Part shown: positions 1-41,600 of the stretch, piece by piece
Position numbering within the stretch: the stretch's first letter is position 1
Layout: every line of letters starts with the position of its first letter
Source: Tubulanus polymorphus
Lineage: Eukaryota > Animalia > Nemertea
Direction of reading: 5' to 3'
NCBI RefSeq assembly: GCF_964204645.1
Contig: NW_027437430.1
Coordinates: 124,001 to 188,000, forward strand
Length of the DNA: 64,000 nt
Notes under the pieces: model-generated
What the model saw: the letters and a program-made list of their open reading frames with translations, nothing else
Database searches by the model: none
What the model was told of the DNA's origin: nothing
Made by a program: the position numbers and the translations under genes

Positions 1-2832
1 TACGCGGTACTTTCTTATGTACGAGATCCTGATGACATTTCAGAGTCCACGCTTTAGAGAATGTCTTTCCGCAGTCTTCGCAGATCAGGTGCGTCAAACC
101 GAGATGTATTTCAAGATGGCGTCGTAATGACGCGGCCGAGGAAAACGTTTTCGCGCAGAACAGACAACTGAATGGCTTGCGTTTTTCATGGCTACGTAGA
201 TGTGGAATTATGTTAACCTTTGCCATCGTTTTTCCACACTCGGGACACGTACATTTTGTAGCCGATCCTTTCGGTAGATTAGCTATGAATTCCTCGTATT
301 TACTTCCAGTATCAATAGTCGCCGTTTCGTAAATTTGACTTTCATGCGATAAATTATGCATCATATATTGTTGTTTACTGCCAAGTTTTTTCCCACACGT
401 TTCGCAAACGTACAATTTTCCATTCCTCTGAATGCATTCTAGTAAGTGTTTATGTCCTCTAGAGTTGGAGTGGGCGTCGATTTCCTTTTTCCCGAACAAG
501 AGGATGTCGCAAACATCGCACTTTTCGCTAATATCCACATGACTAGTCAGTAAATGCGGACGAAGGTTTGAATATTTAGGAGTAATAAAATTACAATACG
601 GACATTTATGCTTGGTAAGTGTGTTAGGTCTCGTGCTCGTATCTGCTTCTACTTGTTCTTCATTATCTTCAGCCTCGACCGGTTCGTTCTCGTCACCTCG
701 ATAAAGCTTACGCAAAGACAACACGGCCGCTGTTTTTGAAATATGCTTCTTCGTTTTCTCGTGAATTTTCAACGTGAATTTATCGCAGTACGATTTCTTG
801 CAGTAAATACATTTATACGGACGTTCTTTCGTGTGGCGACGCCTCATGTGAATCGCCAGCGACGATCGCGAACTGAACTTTTTTCCGCCGCACGGAATAC
901 AAACGTTCTGACGTTGCGCGTTCAACAGCATCATCCGAACGTGCGAGTGTTTCGAAAGCAGGTGTCGTTTTAATTGCGTCACCGAATGAAGTTTCAAACG
1001 ACACATCGAACACGCGACATCCTTACGTCGCTCGCGAATTATGACGCATCGTTTCTTCGAAGTGACCGCGTTGATGTGCGCGTCGGTTTGAACGTGCGCC
1101 AACATTTCGTCGTTATTTTTCGTCTGGAATTGACAAACCGTGCACATCTGCGGTCCGATCAGTTTCGACGCGTTATCCACGTGTTGTTTACTTTGTAAAT
1201 GCGTCGTGAATTCGATCGAATGATTCGAAAACGATGTACAAATCATACAACGAAACGGCTTCGTCACTTGAATGAGATAATCATACGTTTGAAATAGCTT
1301 TTCGTTTTCCTGCTTTTTCATGACGGCTCGATTCGTATGATATTGACTGACTAAATGAGCGCCCATTGACCTCTCGCTGCACATCGTACGATTACAAACG
1401 CTACAGAAAAATTGACGCGCTTTCTTTTTAACGGTCTCTGATTGTCGTTTCGTCGCACTTTCTTCTGCGTCATAAGTTTGTGCAACTTCTTCTAACACAA
1501 CCTCATCATCTCCCTCATCATCATCATCAACATTATCATCTTCATCAGTTCTGAAATCATAACCGTACAATAAATAAGAATTGATAACAGAGGTTAGATC
1601 CACGACTACCTTGGATTTAATGTAACGTAATAGTCATTTCGAACCTAGAATTTCATTCCAAATCGGACAATCTATTAAAGTCATGCAAACAAACATATTT
1701 TTGGTCACCTGAAGTTCATTGGTGGAAGGTTCCACAGTCCGAATTTAAAAATTGGATGTTACTAATTCAGTAATTTTAGAGGAAACTTTCAATCAATTAT
1801 GAAAAGTTGGTGAATACAATGAACAAGAGTTCTTTCTAATATAAATTAAAACTCACTCCGCTGGTATTTTTCCACTCGATGCTCTCAGGCTCATTCCTGG
1901 CTTCCATTTTCCACCAGTATGTGCTACAGAGAAAGACAAAATGTTCATAGCAAGAGATGTTAAGTGTATAAATCACAGGGTGGTGGCCACTTCTGTTTAA
2001 CTTGATTTTTTGCTGACATGTTGTTTTCCCTGACTTGATCTGCTAAGAATCCAATCAAATTACACAGTCAAATACGTAAGACATAGATGGCAACTGCTTT
2101 TACACAGGATCTAGCAATCTCTTCATATTTCCCTGATTTTTAGCTTTTTTACCAAATTTTTTATAGAAAAGAAAATAATATCCCGACTTTTCCCACATTT
2201 CCAGGTGGTGAAGTGGCCACCCAGAATCATCGGTTCAAAATCAAGACAAGACATATTGAAAACTCACCTCTAGGAGGATGAGAACCAGGTTTCCATTTGC
2301 CACCGGTATAAGTATGAGGTGGATAATTGCTATTACCGACATCATCATCATCAAAATCATCTTCACCTTCGGACGAAAACTCGAATTCTGATAAATTCTC
2401 CAATTCCGAATCGCTATCAAACGCTAAATTCGTTAGCAAATTCGTAATCGGCAAATTAGTATCCGACGTAATACTAGACAAGCACACGGCCAAACTCTTA
2501 GAAAAGTCCGTTTCTTTTTTAGTCGATGTCTTTGTCGTATCTTCTTTAATGGATGACTTATGCTGCAAATCTAGTGACATCAAGAAGTCGGTGAAAGTTC
2601 CCTCTTCCTCGGCGGGAAGACAAGCATCTGATGATCCTTCATCGAGGTTATCGCACAGAACTACCGGTATATCCGATTGGACATCGACCGGTTTTTTATC
2701 GTCGTTCTTTTTACGATCATTTTTCGCCGCGGAATCCTTGACGCAGCCGACCTTCTTGTGCGATATGTAATTATCTAAACCAATGATGGTTGCGTGACAT
2801 GTCAAACACATATGGGTGTCCTGATCCTCCAT
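1..2832 (-). CDS. Multi-C2H2 zinc-finger protein (ZNF407/ZFP64-like architecture), 3'-partial; coding exons 2832-2268, 1923-1857, 1550-<1
   Basis: ATG at 2832 (MEDQDTHMCLTCHATIIGLDNYISHKKVGC, an N-terminal C2HC finger) follows an AG acceptor at 2841. GTGAGT donors at 2267 and 1856 and acceptors at 1924 and 1551 give consistent phases (1, then 2). The exon from 1550 reads as about 12 C2H2 fingers to the window edge (e.g. CSVCNRTMCSERSMGAHLVSQYH, CIYCKKSYCDKFTLKIHEKTKKH, CLFCAKTFSSAASLRRHLEIH). It is absent from the ORF track because no stop lies in the window. Confidence 0.9.
1976..2224. mobile_element. Non-autonomous DNA transposon (MITE) with CAGGG-type terminal inverted repeats, in a zinc-finger gene intron
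   Basis: Ends CAGGGTGGTGGCCACTTC ... GAAGTGGCCACCCAG are imperfect inverted repeats. Internal TTCCCTGA/TCCCGA subrepeats resemble those of the element at 47284-47490. Confidence 0.6.
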
Positions 2833-3039
2833 TTCGATTTCTGAAAATTTAATGAACATGGAAAATGTATGAATGATGGAAGTGAACCCACCCAGTTCCA
2901 ACCAACCAGTTCAGTTCAGTTGTATTTTTTTGGTCTTCCAATTTTTTCTCCCTTATGTCTTTCAGCCTAAAAAGGTCAATAAACCTCAAAGACGAAAGAC
3001 TGGACGATGACGGTGCTGGTTATATCATCATTGCATACC

Positions 3040-3526
3040 TTATAAACGGGAATAAAACGTTTCGCTGAATTTCCTTTCGTTTATTCTGAAAAAAGTTTCT
3101 CTGACATTGACATTGTATAAAGTTGTTATTCACGAGCTGTAATTATTTTCTAAGAATTTAACTTCGATACAATAAATATTTATTGAATTGGATTAAACTG
3201 TTATAGATAGCATACAGTAGTGATGGCAAATTATTTGATTTCATAATCTTTTAGTTATTAAATCAATGAGAATAAATCGGTCTGAAATTGATCCTTTTAT
3301 CATCGAGGAAACATTAACGGAAACCTCCGGAAATTGCCGAGTAGCATGTCGCGAAAATGTCCCGAAGATCAGTTCGCGTCGCGAGCACCTGCGAGCACCT
3401 GCTACTACTAGCGTCTAGCATCCGCACGCTCGATTCGCGGGCGCTTGTTTCAAGCGGGATATTTTACCGGCGCGCTCAAATACTACGCACTCTGACGTTA
3501 TCTACTGGTCGAATATATTGAAAGTA
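3040..3526. promoter_or_regulatory. Bidirectional promoter / 5'UTR region shared by the zinc-finger gene (-) and teashirt (+)
   Basis: The two divergent start codons are only ~700 bp apart. CpG-rich patch at 3315-3500; initiator-like TCAGTT at 3369; ETS-like CGGAA motifs; tandem GCGAGCACCT x2 (3381-3400, CACCTG E-boxes); a minus-strand donor AG|GTATGC at 3038 for a 5'UTR exon of the zinc-finger gene. Confidence 0.6.
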
Positions 3527-31575
<28,049 letters not shown>

Positions 31576-33140
31576 CATCAGATGGAAGCTTCGGTTGTTT
31601 TAGCCTGAAGAATGTTACATATTTCTTAATATCTTGAATGATTATCTTATGTATGTCATCAGTTAAATTGCTTTAATTGCTAGTTTATGTCTCAAGTTGA
31701 TACATAGTTTGATATAGTTAGTGGTTAGTTCAGTATGATTGAATACAGTTTATATAACGTACTCAAAGTTTATTCAGTATTTTTATATGAATTGTCAATG
31801 ACAGTATTAATACATGTATGCGGCACTATTTTTCACACGAGATATAGCCAATTCTAGTATTTAGAGGGTCAGAGGTAAAAAATTGGATTTAGGAGGCCTC
31901 GTCGATTGCATGTATTTACCTAAAGCACACCATTGACCTGACGTAGAATATCTTTCAGTACGAGCTGTTGATCTTATGAATCTCATTCGGAGCCGTTTTA
32001 ACTTCATGCATGCAGGCAGCTAGTGGAGGTAAAATGTATTTGGATTTGTACCGATTGTATGTTTTCGATATGTAACAATATTGGTTACCTATTCAGCTGC
32101 TTTTTTGAATTTCATCATTTAGAATAGAAGAAACTTGGAAAAATTGTATTCCAATTACGATTTACCAGTTTTATATTTTCTAAAACTCGTAGCATACTAT
32201 ACTACGAACTGGCTTTATAAAATCCTTCCAATTACTCGATTACATAGTTTGTCACATTAATCTGCTCTCCTTTCTTATATGCCACAGCTCTAGTCCTTCG
32301 TGCATAATTTCATGTATTGTCACCTCTTCAATATTGTTATCTTTGCTTGCCATAATAACGTTATGATTATACATACTATCACTGGTCTTACGAAAAAAGT
32401 CATTGCTATTTTTGTCAATATTTTTATATATTTCCATTTTCTTGTACATTCCACAAAATGTCAGACGTATGTTACTTAGAATTCTACAGCTTCATTCAGT
32501 CAGTGAATTCAATAAACGTTGATGTTGAAATTTGGCAATTTCTTGTCTTACTAATATTGCCAATTGCTTGCCAAAAATCATAATCTTTGCAATTATCGAT
32601 AATTGATGTATAAAAAACAACAATCGTCGAATGCTAGCAATGGTTATGGATATGTTTGGCGAAATCGTTGACGGATATAAATGACAGTTTGTGAAGAGAA
32701 TGATAATGTTTATGTTTACCACTTCGTAAATAATGCCAGGGGTTTTGATAGAAATATCAATGAGGCAAGGAAAAATTCATAAAAGTTATGTTCACTTTTT
32801 TGTGTGTACAGTAATTTCGGCTATCTTCTGTTTGAATTCATACAAGCCTTCGTCGTACTATAAGTTGTTTATTATTGTGTGAAAGTTTTATATCTTCTTG
32901 TCCGGAAAATGTCCGTGCTATAACTTTTCGCTCTATTCAAAAAATGTATATGAAATTGCAGTATATTCAAAAAAGTGTATAAAAGACGGATACGTATATG
33001 ATGTGATGTGGTGGAATGCTGTATATAGTTAAAGAGTGCGAGGACGTACATTTATCATTATAGATCTATAAGTTATTTCACATTCTGTATTGACCATTCC
33101 ATGAAAAGAATAACAATTAAAGTTAGTAATTAATATGATT
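31576..33140 (+). other. Probable teashirt 3'UTR with polyadenylation signals
   Basis: AT-rich tract after the TGA; AATAAA at 32511 and ATTAAA at ~33116, the latter followed by a GT/T-rich downstream stretch (33160-33185). Confidence 0.45.
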
Positions 33141-35519
33141 TCTATATATATTCACCGTCTTTACGTTTGTTATTGTTTCTTTTCATCACTTCCGGTGGAT
33201 TTCCTCTGGCCGATGACTAGTTCAGATCCATCATAGGAATGTTACGTACACAATTATCTTGATCAGGATGACGAATTTGATACAACATAATGCGTTTTCG
33301 TGTTCATGCCTTATCCGCTATCTTACCCCTAAGTAGTCATCATATGTTATCGTTGAAAGATATGCATACGTTGTACATGAAGTGTACACTGTCTTATGAA
33401 TACTGTGACGTTGTACTTATCAAGTTGATCATCGTTCGTCTGCTTCCTAGATACAAAAGCGTTAAATGCGCTTAAACTTAAAATATCACATGGTGGTATT
33501 TTTGATAAATTTGCATTTTCCGGTGGAAGTGCCTCTCGTTGTTGACGTGACAATGATAAAATTTCGGATGAAATTACATTTTTGATAAATTGTCGTTTGT
33601 AGGGATGATTTCAGACACGCCCGCGCCCCGGTTTACCTGCCTAACTTCTCATATTTCACTGTCAAACCTGTCCAGGGTGAAGACTGCGCACCGATTAATC
33701 GTGGGCTAGATACTTATAAAATATCATCGGCAGGCCATTAATTACGGTCACAATGGGATTTCCCGGCTCAGCAGCCAGCAAACATCGACTTGACTGATAC
33801 GGTGAGCCAGATTAATCGTGTGCACATTCATCACTACACGTATACGGCAAAATGTCAGCTTTGTGCAGTCGCATGGATTTTATTAATTGACGACCTGAGT
33901 GGATAAAACAAGCACAAAACAATCCCAAACCACTTTGCTCAATCAAGTTTGTAAAAGATGGATGGTACCTAGCTCATTTAGTGTCAGCTGGTCTTCATTG
34001 ATGATCGGTTGGTTTTTATATACGTATGGTAATTTTGATGCGTCTCTACAGGGGTGTGGTCAGTTTATAGTTCCTCTCTCGAATACCTAGCTGCGTACAT
34101 ATCATACATGCATGCGCTGGAATTACAACATGCCTACACGCAAAAAGAACAGGAAGCTATGAACATAGTTTCATTGTGGGTCTTGAATTTGCTTAGTACG
34201 ATTCCCTTATTCCATCGGAAATATGTCGTTAACATTTTCGCTATGGTTACATAGGACATGATTTATCGGCAAAAAACAGACCCTGGATAACAGTGAAATT
34301 AAACATTGTTTTTTTACGATTTACGAGTGAAATCAAATAGAGATTTTCTGCATCGCTCAGGAGACATTTCATTCAAAATAAGCATTCATTCTAGGCACTT
34401 AAAATAAAACGTTTTAGGTGATTGGAAAGTTGCAGGACCTTCGGGGACGGTGTGCTCGAGTTTTGTTTTCAAAAACTCCATTTACCAAAATTTGAAAATT
34501 AGAATGCATAGGCTGAACGCCATAAAACAAATAGCAGTCAATTAAAAATCGATGATTACACTCATTAGCAACCGGTAAGAAAGAGAAATGATTGATAGGT
34601 TTTCAGAATCGGTGATTGAACGTGACTTTAAATGAACCCATATATACGTTTCGATGTACATTTACTGCTCATAGTAACAGGTTATAAACGAACTAAAATT
34701 TCATAATAAACGCCCATATTTTATTTGAACGACAGGTTTTCTGACAGATCTTTTCAATATTCGGAGATTTATGGGACCGCGTCAGTCGGTCCTTTGTCCG
34801 CGTGTGGTTTATATGCATGACATCACGACGTGGTTCCAGCGTCAACGGCGGTGCGGTGCGCCATTCTCTTCTTTTTTTTATATAAATGCGGGCTTATATA
34901 CAGCCGACTTTGTTGATCGGCAGAGAAAATCATGATTTATAGTTTTTGTAAATAGGTGTAGTTTGATTTGCATATCTGACACTTCTGATTGCTGTCGTTT
35001 ATCATTCGAGGTCGGTCACTCGTCTCATCAATACTGGGCTTTGACATTCTGCCTTTAAAGCGCGCACCCGATACACATTAATTGTACTATTAATCACAGC
35101 AATTCTGATGTCAATTCATAGAAAGCTTTTCATCTAATTGCAATTTGGAAAATGTTTATTGTCCATTCCTGTCATTCTTTTGTTGTTTTACTGGTGATTA
35201 CATCAGCCCCAAAACAGCGGTTGCAAGATTCGCATTTTCCCCACAAAACAATATTAAACTTCTTTTGAAACACACTCGTCAAGTAAACCGTTATATGTGT
35301 GCAGGAAGAATGTTTTTAAGTGATGATGGCTGCACGGGACGACAGGAGGAAATGATGATTGATTGTAAAGAGCAAGAAAGCTCCATTCCGCTATTCCCTG
35401 TTGAAGGCCGACATGCTTGCTTGTAGTTTGGGTTGGGTTGCAGCATGTCCACCAGGACCAGTTCAGTACGAGCGCTGCGTGCCTAGTCCTTTAAAAGTTT
35501 AATTAGGGGAGCACTGCTA

Positions 35520-35660
35520 GCAGGCTTCTTGAGAGTTATTTGACATGTCGGGCCTGTATGCATCAATTATGACTCCTATAAATCACTCTGAACACTAATG
35601 TTTATATGCTGCAGTGGTGATTGATGGTGTCAGCCCAGCTATGAATAAAATTCTTGACAA
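35520..35660. promoter_or_regulatory. Candidate Pbx-Hox/Meis enhancer downstream of teashirt
   Basis: Within 100 bp: TGACA at 35541, TGATTTATAG (minus, 35576-35585), and TGATTGATGG (35618-35627) immediately followed by TGTCAG (Meis, 35628-35633). Confidence 0.35.
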
Positions 35661-38600
35661 TGCACATTACCAAATAAGGTTACATCTGTTCATTTCAGCG
35701 AATCGTTTGAAACACCCCTGCTGATTCGGAAAGGCCTTTTGAAGAAAAATGCAAGAAGGGGTAACGAAACTTAATGAAGAGCCTGAAACAAAATAATTTC
35801 CGTATATGGTTCATGAAAGCTGCCATTATCTCTCTCAGTTTCATTTACATATACATGTATACCTATATAAGTCTCCAAAAATTGTTGCTAAATGAAAATG
35901 GCTAGTCCGGAAAGGACATCTCAAAGGCACGTTTGCTTGAATTTACGACACAGATGGTGCCCAAACAAGAACCGGTGTTTATTAATTGCAGTAGCAACAC
36001 ATTATATTCGTGTCAACGCATTTGACAAATGAAGAAACAACATACTTGGCCGCTCTTAGAGGATATTAAAAAGCGATAAGTTAAGATACACGTAGCAAAA
36101 CGAGTGACACAGCAGCTTGAGAGTCATTGATCACAAATGAAACGGTGTATTTCAAAATGTATAGATATACAGTTGAAAGGGAAAACGACGTATTTACTGC
36201 AATCCGACACTTTCATGCATTGACCTTTTATTACTTTCTAATCTCTTCTTTCATATTCAAACATATATTTCCTTAAGAACTGAAACACGTTTCGAACACG
36301 TGAATAACGATTATCCACTAATCGTTATTTCATCAAATAGATGTTCCAGATGACGCGTTGAGCGTTGGCGACCATACACAACTGCGGCATCACTCAAATA
36401 GCTACGCGTGGCTTCATCTTCATCCTACCTAATGCATTTTAACTCATCAAAACAATTTTTCGAGCTTGATGTTCTTTCAGAAGCTACGAAATAACTTTGA
36501 AACTACACTTTTGAAACTCAATTATGTAGATGCAGACTAAACAATTCGAGTTTTGTATAGGCATACTAATTTTTTAAATTTCCATCCATGGCATTAAGAT
36601 ATATGTGTTGTAATATTTGTGGGTGTTATGGAAGCGGCAACGCCTGCGAAGGAACCCAGTGATACATTGCCTTAGCTGCTTTAAAAATTGATGTTTTGCC
36701 CGTTAAGGCAATATGTGCGGACTATGATGTATTTGTCAAACTGACAGTTGCCAATCTTGGACAGCTGGTGCGTGACGCGATTTCAGTCCAACTCGTCTCC
36801 TGTTGACAGTATCTACAATACACGTGGTTCATACAGGAAGTCAATGACTGATTGGACCGGGCAGCACAGATGGCGACCCCGATGTAAGAGAATACGGGGC
36901 CGTAATCGGGTTTGTGGAAAATGTTTCAACACTGCGCGTCCATATCGGATTGATCGATGACCGATACGTCCTTTTTGAATGTGTAAACTTATGAAAAATT
37001 CAATTATTCAAACATCTGGCTTTAAAAGAAATACACTATACGATAGACAGGATTATAGTGAAGACATTCTCACTTACTGTATATCCCTATTATTGGCGAT
37101 ATAAATGGTAAATTAATGCCGCAGGTTTCACATCAATTAAGATATTTGAGAATAAAATCGAAGTGCATTTTATGTCCAACAGGTGTGTTTTTATGTTTCG
37201 CATGATCCCTTTATGACAAAGGACGATTGATTACCGTTGTTGATTTACACATTTTGGCCATATTATTTCGGATTTGTGTCGAATTATATATCATGCACGT
37301 GTTCCCACGGAAACAATGGCATCCACGGGACATTTACCATCCAGGTTTGTCTAATTCCTACTCGATCGAGTAAATTTGGCGTATTGATCAAGTTGATCGG
37401 AAATTTATCTAAGGCTTCGATGAATTGATGTGATGGGTAGTAATTTACCGTATTATCATTAATTTGGACGCACAATTAATTGCGTGTCTCCTAAAAACAG
37501 ACAGAAAACACAGAAACTTAAACACAAACTCACATTTCTATAGATAGGGTCTATTGTTTTATGGTTATGTGACAGAGATGATAAATGGACTAGCTCCCTG
37601 TCCATAGTTTCATTGGGTAGTGTTGTTGTTCCTGGTTTTTCATTACAGTTAGCAGAGGTTTCCGTCATTTCCGTTTACAGCCGAGACTATTCGAGCTTCT
37701 GAACCATAAAAACGTGTGTTCATCGAAATGTCGTCAGATAACCTACTCCTAGATGATTCGTCCATCACGGGAGACATTTTTGCTCATCATTTCTGACACG
37801 ACACGGCGGAATCTATACAACGGGACTAATACACGTCCGGTATCGTTAGCTCGCTTCACCTCCCCACGGGCGGATTCGGTAGCAGTTGCCCGAAGAACCC
37901 CAAACACCTTGTGACAGTCCGATTAATACTGAGTGACAGCAAGTAAGCTTACTGCATATTGATCACTTTGCAGAGATGGAATAATTGACAAATAGCGCTG
38001 TTTGATCCCCGTTGTATTTTTCATCTGTTGCTAATGTGTTGGCGAGAATTGTAACACGTGACTTGCATCCGGAATAAACAAACTCCCATCATTTTGATGA
38101 AAATATATGGGACGTCAAACGTGGCATGGGACCAACAAATATCAGACAAGTTGGTCTACCTGTCTTGCTACGTCACGCCCATGTGGTTTCTTTATAAGAT
38201 ACATGTACTCGTGGGAGCTTAGCGAACTGCCGATGATTACGAAACACGAAACAAAAGAAATTATCGAATTCGTGCGGATTTCGTTAGGTTACGAAAATAA
38301 TCGGTCTACACGATATTGAGATCAAGGAGTCTGACTGATATCGTATCCATTGAGCAGGTAAAACTGGCCTTGCGCCTAGTCACTGTAAGTGTCGCTCGTG
38401 ACCGGGAAACTTTTGCCACACCCCCATATCACACATAACACAGAAAAACGATGGGATGAAATATTGCTAAGAGGGACATGTTTCATTTCAGTCAATTTGT
38501 CAACAAATGGGCTACAGTATACAAGGTCCAAAGGCAATCTATAATTGCCAAGTTAAAATTAATGGCTGGAACTTTGTGACAGTGCACCATCATCAGTTAT

Positions 38601-41600
38601 CAAGTCATTAAACCCTGAGTGGCAGGAATAGTAAACACATCATGGACGATATATCATAGAAACTTGACAGACAGTATATTTGCTAAGGTTAACATGAAAA
38701 GCAAACCATCCTGCGCCATCGACTCCTCCGACACCAACACCACCCGCTCACTGGAAAATGTGTCACAGTCGACGGTGAAGGTCACTAGTAGGCGTACTGA
38801 CCAACAATCTACATTGGTTGATCCATGGCCTCTAAACTCATCCGTTTTTTCGTAAAGCCCATGGCTTGGCACATCGACTATAGTTCATGAACGACGAATT
38901 ATTGTCATAAAGAGAACTTCGTGTGAAAGATTTGCCCATTTAAGGGCGTCGTGCGATGGCGGTGTCAAAACTTATTTTCAACCGACCAACATCAAGTGAC
39001 AATGAATACGGTCGTCTATCATCGTCAATGAATATGACTTGTATCTTAATCTTTAACAGTAGCTATATACGCTTATACATTCAAATAGTTTAACTTAAAA
39101 ATGAGTGTGAAGTTCAAAATGAAGTATCTATAACCATAATGTTATGCATAAGCGTTGGGCTTGGCTTGTCAGTTATTCTGTCCATGTTTGGTACTTGTAT
39201 AGCGTCAAGTCGTTAATGTGCTGTTAACGTGATTTATATCTGACAGGTCTTGACGAATGCCCCTCATGATCATCAGTTGCTCTGGCGACGATTTAATGAC
39301 CGCCATGCCGGCAAAACAAGGCTTTTTATCTCGGCTAACCGGGCAATCAGCTGCCAGAACACAGGGGCATCTTAATTAAACAATTTTTGCGCGTATATAT
39401 ACACAGCTAAATTGATCGGGTCGACATTGAGGATTATGAACCAACATGTATAATGGCAAATAAGATTGTGTCGTATCCACGAAAACCAAATCACAGGCTC
39501 AAGAAGCGCAGGAAGTTAATCGCTAACTTAGCCGAACTGGTAACAGCGCCTAAGTGGAAACTCACTCGATCCCTTGAAATTACACTCATCTATACCTAAC
39601 TGATATAACTCTATTTTTCTTGTTTGTTTTCCTGGTATTCACTGCGAAGAAACTTATAGTTAAAACCTGGCACGTTTTTTAAGTCATTTATCATGCCACT
39701 TTATTGTATTCAATAAGTGTTCTTTGACTGACAGGTTGACTAGCAAGACGAATCGTTTGTTTTCTCTGTTTGTATAATCTTGCCGGAGTAATCATTCTGA
39801 CGGGAGCTGCGCGCAAAATGCGTGCCTAGCTCTTCTACTGCGGGTCTTCCGCCGAAAATCAGTTGCAGATTATTGCATCCGGTATCATTTGTGAAAAAAG
39901 TAACGCTGATATAACTAACGGCTTGTTGTTCCATGGGGTGAGCATTTTATGATGAATTTCATTAATGATTCATTGCATTTTCCTTGAGTATAAGATATGT
40001 TGTCACATCTTTCGCTACATTTAAAATATCGTCACTGGGATTTCTTGAGAACTTTTTGTCTACAGAATACATAAAGCTTCATTAGATTACCATCAGAGAC
40101 GAGAAATTATTTCAATTCTACATTCTTTAGCAGGATATATAACAATCATGCGGATAATTACGTATTTATGGGTCGATCGACTGCATCAACTGCAATTTTT
40201 CCTTGTCCATTTTTGGCGCCATCAAAGTGTCCCGCGGCCAAGCATATGTTCACAACCACAGACATTATCTCGACTGTTTCGTGTGATTGATGTGTAGTGA
40301 AAATCATTATCGCGAACAACGGACATAAATCAAGCTCCAAGAGCCAAACCTGGGTAACAAACATAAAGGAAGCCACTATTCTGCATTCGCAATAGCGCAA
40401 AAATTATTTCCTCGGTTTTATTCGACGCGAAGTTAAATATCATACGATGCAGGCCCTAGAATTGAGAATTTCAAGATGGCCGCTATAATGCCCGGATACT
40501 GGCTGTTAGTACAATCATGGTACAATCTACGGATTAGTAATAACGTTTGTAGAGTTTCAAATAAATGATCCTAGGTACATAACTAACACATCTTTGCAAC
40601 AAGAACCACCATTGCGCGATAGAGGTACTCGTATTTAGTTACAGATCAATGGCTAAACTGAAAAAAATCGTTTCTTCAGTCTGTACTGGGTTAGCTGTTC
40701 TAATACAGGGTGAAGTTTTGTGAAGTTACAGTAAGTACAAACTGAAGCAAAAACTTTCTGATTACAACACATTCTGAAAGTGACATAAAAGGGATGAAAT
40801 TTTTATGACGTGACATCCATGTCTGTAACCTGCTTTGCGAGATTTTCTCGCTTGTTTGGTTACTGTCAAGTTACATTAGGGCGCCGCGACGAGGCTTGTT
40901 GCGCTAGTTAGGTGTCTTTCAACCCCACCACGACGCGACTCCGTGCTGAGTACGTCGATGATGAGATTCGTCGCGACAGCACATGATAAACTGTCAAATA
41001 AATAAAACCTTTAAAGATGAATATATGAAAACTATGAACTACTGTCACAATGGATCGTAATTAGACGCGAGTTGTCTGTCAAACGAGCTGACAGGGGGAA
41101 AGCGCTGAATCAATCACAATGCTCATTTACATTCACGATGATGCCATATTTTCCGATAGTCTGACCGAATCAACGAGACCATCCGAAAATGAGGATTTCA
41201 GAGGAAATCACCTGGGATTCTATAAGCCGTTATTGCGATAAGCAAAAAAACGAAAAATCATCGTATCACTCCAAATTTCCATACCGGTACAGTATACTGC
41301 TATTACCAAAAACCATAAACCCAATCTACAATAAATTTCTATCTACATATTATAGTCTTCGAAAGATCGGCCTCACTGCATCATCAATGCGTACAAGACA
41401 GTTTGGTTGTGAGGCGATGCGAGGAGCGATCATTAATTTAAAGTTCATAACACACACTTGACATGATTGTCACATTTGAAGATGATAAATGATCGGCTGT
41501 CATAAAGCGTCAGTCATCGCAGTCGCGAGGTCTACGTAAATCCCTCCGTGAAATCGTGCTGTCGCGCCAGAGATTGTTTGCAGTATTATCACTGTGTACA

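Noticed and set aside
1709-1761. Possible extra zinc-finger gene exon (donor-like AG|GTGACC at 1708)
   Set aside because: All frames from the nearest acceptor contain stops, and the flanking exons already join in phase.
743-2770. Plus-strand ORFs (743, 974, 2327) and the alternate-frame minus ORF (813)
   Set aside because: Antisense or off-frame shadows of the zinc-finger exons with no recognisable motifs.
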